Shown here one piece after another: positions 58,235-64,000 of a stretch of 64,000 nt of DNA. The stretch lies in assembly GCA_043228905.1 (NCBI GenBank), contig JBHGNT010000020.1, forward strand, positions 3,906,001 through 3,970,000, given 5' to 3'. Numbering within the stretch: position 1 is the first letter of the stretch; each line of letters begins with the position of its first letter. The translations under genes and the position numbers were made by a program. Under the pieces are notes generated by a model, which saw only the letters and a program-made list of their open reading frames with translations, searched no databases and had not been told where the DNA came from. The stretch comes from Azolla caroliniana (taxonomy: Eukaryota > Plantae > Polypodiophyta).

Positions 58235-59605
58235 CGACATACATTAGGTGCTTCATCGACATGAGCCTGTACAACAACTTTAATGAAGAAAGTAAGACTC
58301 ATGTGCTCTGGGAGAAAATCGGCATTATGCTGGAGAGTAAGAACTAAGAACGTTGTAAATCAGGTTTTGGTATTTCGGAAGTTAGTGAGAATTTGGTACC
58401 AAGACGGATCCGGCATGGCGGAGCACATGAATGCTTTCTAGGGGCTCATAAATCAAACAACCTCGTTGAAAGTACCTCTAGTCGACGGGGTACTCGCGTT
58501 GCTGCTGCTCGGTTCCCTTTCGGATAGTTGGGAGACGCTAGTTGTCACTTTGGGCAACGCTGGGTTGGAAGGAAAGCAGTTGTCCCTAGCAAGGGTAAAA
58601 TCAAGCTTGCTGGATGAAGAAGCTCGCCGGAAGGACCGGGAGTTCAAAACCGATCTGAAAGCCTTGGTTACAGAAGACGACCATAACCGGGAAGAGGTCG
58701 GAATCAGAGTCCCCAGAACAGAGACAAATCGGGGACGAGGTTAAAGTCAAGGCGGAGGCCCACTTGCTTTTATTGTGGAAAGTTGGGGCACTTCCAGAAG
58801 AATTTTTGACACTTTCGGAAGGAGAAAGGAACTGACAATGCCGACTCGAAGAAGGGTCTGGACTGAAGAACGTCCGAAATCGCGACGAGTGAAGAAGAAC
58901 TGCTGCTCATCACCGAGGAGAGCGAGCTACATCTTGTCAGCGACAAAACGACATGGGTGGTCGACTCCGCAACGTCGTTCCATCTGACTCATGATCGGAA
59001 ATGCTTCTCATCGTACAGAGCCGGAGATCACGGTTCTCTCAGGATGGGAAATGAAGGTGCATGCCGAATTGTCAGCATAGGAGACGTGTGGTTGACGATG
59101 TCAACCAAGTGCAAGTTGTTGCTGAAGGATGTCTAATACGTTCCGGAGGTTCGGTTGAACCTGATATCAGCCAGTCGACTAGATGATGAAGGCTACATGG
59201 GTAGCATTCGGAATAGAGTCATGAAGTTTTGCAAAGGGAGCCTAATCGTGGCTCGAGCCTAGAAGATCGACACACTATACCTGATGCATGCCTGGATATG
59301 CCGGGAGGAAATGAATGTGGCATCCGAAAATGCCGGTGAGCTGTGGCACAAGAGATTGTGTCACATGAGCTAGAAAGGGATGAGAAGACTTGCAGAAGGT
59401 AACCTCATTCCAGAGGTGAAAGACGTGCATCTTGAGAAGTGCACCGACTGCTTGGCTAGCAAGCAAAACCGAACCTCTTTCCGGTCAAGACCACCGATGA
59501 GACAGAAAGCCCCACTGGAACTTGTGCATACCAATGTATGCCAAGTGGACATGAAGTCACATGCTGGATTGTAGTACTTCGTGACGTTCATAGAAGATCA
59601 CAACT
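58235..59605 (+). pseudogene. copia family C gag-pol (5' part), degenerate
   Basis: LLGSLSDSWETLVVTL, VKSSLLDEEARRKD, WVVDS, LELVHTNVC; homologous to 34000-36120. Confidence 0.85.
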
Positions 59606-59609
59606 GGAA

Positions 59610-60308
59610 GCGACCGATTCGGACAAGAGTTGGAATGAATCGGAGATAGCCGATTCGGTTCAACAGACGGATTCAGAAGAATTGGATCAATTCAAGGCCA
59701 AGAGGACGAGAAGGCAGCAAAAGTCGACGCCAACACGAAGGAATCGGCAATTTAGCAAGCGCCGAAGTCACAGCAGCGAGGGAGCTGAATTGGGCTTGTT
59801 GAGCAGACAAGCCGACCGAGGAGGTCGAGGTGCGCAAAATCAGAAGGGTCGCGGCAAACGGGACCGGACCGGACGAGGAGCGCGAGCGAGGCGTAGTGAC
59901 GCCAAAAGGATCCGGGTGGAAGGACTGGCTGCCATGGAGTCTGACACTACGATCCGACCTCAAGTTGAGTTTGAGGGGGAGTGTTGAGCGGCAATCTCAA
60001 CTGGATCCGGATCGGCATCCGGAAGGATGAGCCGGATTGGCGAGCCGGTGAGCTGGAGGGCCGGTTAGCTGGATCAAGTAGTAACCGGAAGCCTAGTAGT
60101 AGCCTAGACTACTAGGTAGTTAATGTCTCGTAGTTAGTGTCAGACGCTCGTGTGAGCATTAAAGTACATTGTACCTTTGTCAGTCGTCTTAGGACTTGTA
60201 TAAATAGTGCTGTTGAGCACCTTGTATGTACAAAGAATTTTACAGAGTTGTTGATAATAGATGCAAGTTCTCCTCTTTCTCTGTCACTCTTGCGTACCTT
60301 ATGTGTGT

Positions 60309-60353
<45 letters not shown>

Positions 60354-60403
60354 GGGATTTGGTTGAGTTGGTTGTCTAATGCTTCCGCACCTTCGTTTTT
60401 ACA
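59610..60403 (+). mobile_element. 3' end of a copia family A element: extension region, PPT and 3' LTR (59982-60403)
   Basis: TDSDKSWNESEIADS...PQVEFEGEC as at 5540-5918; TTGAGGGGGAG then TGTTGAGCGG...TTTTTACA. Confidence 0.88.
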
Positions 60404-60790
60404 TCGCTCACTCCCGTTTGTGTTCCAATCCCCGGTGAGGATCGCATGGTCACTCACGCCCGTTTGTGTTCCCGATGAGGACCACACATGGTTGCTCATG
60501 CGCGTTGGTGTCCCAATCTTCGGTGAGGACCGCACATGGTCCCTCACACCCATTGGTGTCCCATTCTCCGGTGAGGACCGCACATGGTCGCTCACGCCCA
60601 TTGGTTTCCCAATCTCCGGTGAGGACCGCACATGGTCGCTCACGCCCATTGGTGTCCCAATCTCTGGTGAGGACCGTACATGGTCGCTCACGCTCATTGG
60701 TGTTCTAGTTCCCGATGAGGACCATACATGGTCGCTCACATTTGTTCATGTTCCAGTCTCTAGTGAAGACTCCTCATGGTCACTCACTCC
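60404..60790. repeat. ~8 x 48-bp tandem repeat upstream of a gypsy PPT
   Basis: GAGG/GAAG anchor at 60477, 60525, 60573, 60621, 60669, 60717 and 60765. Confidence 0.9.
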
Positions 60791-60867
60791 TCAACCTACT
60801 CCGGTTTTCTCTTTCAACTTACCTCTACACCACGCTTCCGAAAAGGTGGCCGCAAAGGGGAGGATAA

Positions 60868-61343
60868 TGTCACGGACATGGCAACAGTCATGTCAAGATT
60901 TGAACTCTTGACCGCTTGTATAATAGTCAAGTGTTACGTTCTAACCAACACATCCAAATACATAATTATGTTAGTAGATTATTAGTAGATTATCTTCTCT
61001 AAGTTCTAAGAGTTTTTAGAACGTTATAGAACTAGAAGGTTCTAGAGGGTTCTAGAATACTCTCCAGAATATTCTAATGCATGTACTTCATCTCACAGTA
61101 TAAATACTTGTAACCTCCTTGGTCCCTTTCAAGGCACTCAACACCAGTCATTGACTCATCAATCTAGTATTCTCATTTCGCCTCATCTTTGTCGCCTTGA
61201 TCTTTATTTTTGTCTTCATGCCCTCATGTCGCGCAGAACATCTCGAGTTCCCAGCCTCGTCACGTCTAGCTCCAAGTTCATCCGTTGCTCGTAGCCCCAT
61301 CATTTATGCTCTGTCCTAGTCCGCGCTTGGTGTGTCCGTTACA
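60868..61343 (+). mobile_element. 3' LTR of a Tcn1-like chromovirus
   Basis: PPT AAAGGGGAGGATAA; terminal inverted repeat TGTCACGGACA...TGTCCGTTACA; TATAAATA at 61099. Confidence 0.8.
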
Positions 61344-61461
61344 CTTGGTCGGCAGGAAGGTGTTCCGTAGTCGAGACATAGTCTTCATGGAAGACAAGAC
61401 TATTGGCAACTGGGAGTCGGAGAAGAAGATAGTGGACTCCAGGTCGACCGTCAGAGATCGG

Positions 61462-62180
61462 TGTCGTGAGGATTTTCGGCCATGGTGAGAAAACTCGAGC
61501 GGGAGGAATAAAACAAGATGTGCAACATTGCACATGAACTTAGGAAAATTGTAACATAGGAATAAAAGATAAATGTAAGGAGGAAAAGTAAGATGTAAAG
61601 GTATAACGGTGATGTGCACTTTGTAGACTAGAGGGAGGCACATGAAGTATGGGTGTAGGGAGTAGTGGGCATTGAGTATGTCGGTGAGAGGAGAGGGAGT
61701 TAAGACCCATCAATCTCACCTCCTAAGATCGAGGTCAAATACTCTCCTTTGAAAGAAAGGGGATTTGACCACTCCTTTTTGTAATGTGCCTCACCCCTTA
61801 CTACTATAAAAGGGAGTGAGGGGTCACTTTTGAAGGGCTTCCACTTTTGGGTTTCTTTGGGTTGCCATTAGGGTTTGGGAATTTTGGGTTTTAGGATCTC
61901 ATTTTAGGGGTTTCATTCGTCTTCTTCCTCTTATTCGTTTCCCCTATCCGGTTAGGGTTTCATCTAGAGGTTTTGCATTCGCCCTACATGGCCAATGTGG
62001 TAATTGGTGTGGTGCTTTCCATAATGTATCTTGTCTTGTTTAGATCTTATTCTCTTGAATCTTAATCTTTCTTTTCCTTCTCGGTTGAACTCCCAAGCTT
62101 CTCTCCCTCCTCTTACTCCCTAGTTCAAGACCCATTGTGGTCCCATCCTATCCAACATGCACACGCAGATTTCCACGACA
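61462..62180 (+). mobile_element. solo LTR, group D
   Basis: TGTCGTGAG...CCACGACA; perfect 4-bp TSD TCGG. Confidence 0.92.
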
Positions 62181-62832
62181 TCGGTCTGAAGACACAAGGA
62201 CTAATCTGGACGGATGCTAGATAACACTTGAAGAACCGGTCGGATCCGGACATAGAACCGATTCGATCGAAGGAGAAGAATTGGAACCTGGAACCGGTCA
62301 AGACCCTGAATCGGATTCGGATGAAGAATAGAGGGAGGAGCCGGTTGTCGGAAACCAATGACGGAGATACCCTTTGAGAGAGAGAAGGCCCCCCCGAAGA
62401 TTTCCGGATGCAGAGCATGTCTTACTGACCAACGAGGGGGAGTCGGAAAGCTCCGAAGGAGTAAGGAAAGACACCCACAACCGCAAGTGGTTGAGTGCCA
62501 TGTAGGATGAGATGGATTCCCTGCATGGGAACCACACATATGAATTGACAGAGTTGCTGAAAGGAAAGAGAGTGCTTCGGAACAAGTGGGTATACAAGCT
62601 GAAACCGGGAGATGCCGGAAATCCACCGAGATACAGAGCCCGAATCTTGGTGAAGGGCTTCCAACAGAAAAAGAGAGTGGATTTCGACGAGATCCAAAAT
62701 TGGAAATCTAAAGAAGGGCTTGGGACAGACCTTCTCAATGAAAGGTCTGGGTCTGACAAGACAGATATTGGGGATGCACATAGTACAGGACTGGACGAAG
62801 AATATATTGTGGCTGTCACAAGAGAAGTACGT

Positions 62833-63538
62833 TGTCGTGAAGATTTTCGTCCACAAGTGGAAACCCGAGCAACGAGAGCCAAAGAGCGATATGCAACGTT
62901 GCACACATACATAATGTATTTGTAATAGTAATAAGGGTAAAGGGTATGGTGCTAGAAATGCCCCATAAGATCCCTAAGGTATAAAGGTGATGTGGTCTTG
63001 GGCGCACATCCACGCGCGAGAGAGAGAGAGGTACTATGCGGTACATAGGTACCTAGTTGTTTGTGAGGAGGTGGGAGTTAAGGGGGCCATCAATCTCACC
63101 CTCCTCAAATCAAGGCAAATATCCCCTTTGAATGAAAGGGGATATTTTAGTCTCACTTTTGTAAACGGTCTTCCCTCCTTGTGCTATAAAAGGAGAGGGA
63201 AGGCACCATTGTGGGGGTTGCCTATTTTGAGTGTGCGAGGTATACCACATAGGTCGAGCGTTAGGGTTAGGGTTAGGGTTTCTTTGTCTTTTCTTCATCT
63301 TCGTCGGTTAGGGTTTCGAGTAGTCGTTTGGTGCGGCCTACGCGGCCACCGCTTTGTAATCGTTCATTTCGTTTTAATATATCTTGTTGAAAATCTTGTC
63401 TTCATCTTCCTCTTGTTCATTCTTCTTCTTCTTCTTGAGCAAACCTTCCATTCCATGTCCGATTCCTTCTCCTTTACTCCTTAGTCCAAGACCCCCGTGG
63501 TCCCGCCCTTCTCCACGCACGCGCGTAGCAACGCAACA
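62833..63538 (+). mobile_element. solo LTR, group D (divergent subfamily)
   Basis: TGTCGTGAAG...CGCAACA; perfect 4-bp TSD ACGT. Removal restores host TAC GTG ACA AAG (YVTK). Confidence 0.9.
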
Positions 63539-64000
63539 ACGTGACAAAGGTGCTATCGGTCGGATCGACACTTCCGGCAAACTGCAAGTTGTCCGAGAAG
63601 CAGAGCCCGAAGATAAAGGTAGAGAAGGCGTAGACAATGAAGATACCATATGCCTCTGCCTTCGGAAGCTTGATGTACGCAATGGTGTGTACTCGGCTAG
63701 ATATCAAATATGCAATCGAAGTGATCCGCTGGTTCATGAGCAATCTGGGAAGAGAACATAGGACCGTGGTCAAGTGGATACTCCGGTACTTGAAAGGCAC
63801 CTTGAGTATGCGCCTCTGATTTGGCTCGGGTAAACCTGAACTTGAAGGACTCACAGATTCAGATATGTCGGTTGATGCGGATACTAGCCGGTCAACATCC
63901 AAATATGTCATGATATATGCAGGGGGCATTGTATCGTGGCAGTCGAGGCTGCAAAAGTCCGTTGCACTATTGACAATGGAAACAGAGTACATGGCGGCTG

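Larger units (their letters stand above)
61344..64000 (+). pseudogene. copia family C pol (integrase C-terminus, RT with internal deletion, RNase H start), split by two solo LTRs
   Basis: LVGRKVFRSRDIVFMED, NKWVYKLK, YRARILVKGF, SQEKYV|TKVL, IPYASAFGSLMYAMVCTR. Confidence 0.85.

Noticed and set aside
60404-60790. 48-bp array as CRISPR
   Set aside because: Contiguous tandem units without variable spacers, located inside a retroelement
63261-63281. (TTAGGG)3 as an interstitial telomere
   Set aside because: Only three units, inside an LTR whose relatives carry single TAGGGTTT telo-box-like motifs
63539-63546. GTGACA as the 3' end of the 62833 LTR
   Set aside because: These bases belong to the host RT frame (YVTKVL). 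The true end is 63538, followed by TSD ACGT.

Overview
Eukaryotic, transposon-dense plant DNA, most likely a non-seed land plant. This is inferred from the element lineages and cannot be proven from the sequence. One intact host gene is present: a 9-exon, membrane-anchored (type B) hexokinase on + (CDS 44455-50145, 506 aa), with a GC-AG intron 7. The flanks (1-40 kb and 52-64 kb) are stacks of nested retroelements. These include several Ty1/copia families, one of them a very young full-length copy (15994-21404, TSD TCCCC), plus Ty3/gypsy and chromovirus remnants, an RTEX-like LINE with an (ATCT)n tail, solo LTRs and tandem arrays. Main observations: (1) one LTR group (5 copies) makes 4-bp target-site duplications, each centred on a CpG (ACGT, ACGT, TCGG, [G/A]CGG; one-sided GCGG); (2) a Tcn1/Tf1-like chromovirus remnant has the geometry of 11-nt tRNA-independent self-priming; (3) a copia lineage has a duplicated polypurine tract and a ~245-aa in-frame extension after RNase H. 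No CRISPR, rRNA or tRNA gene was seen. All coordinates and alignments were read by eye.
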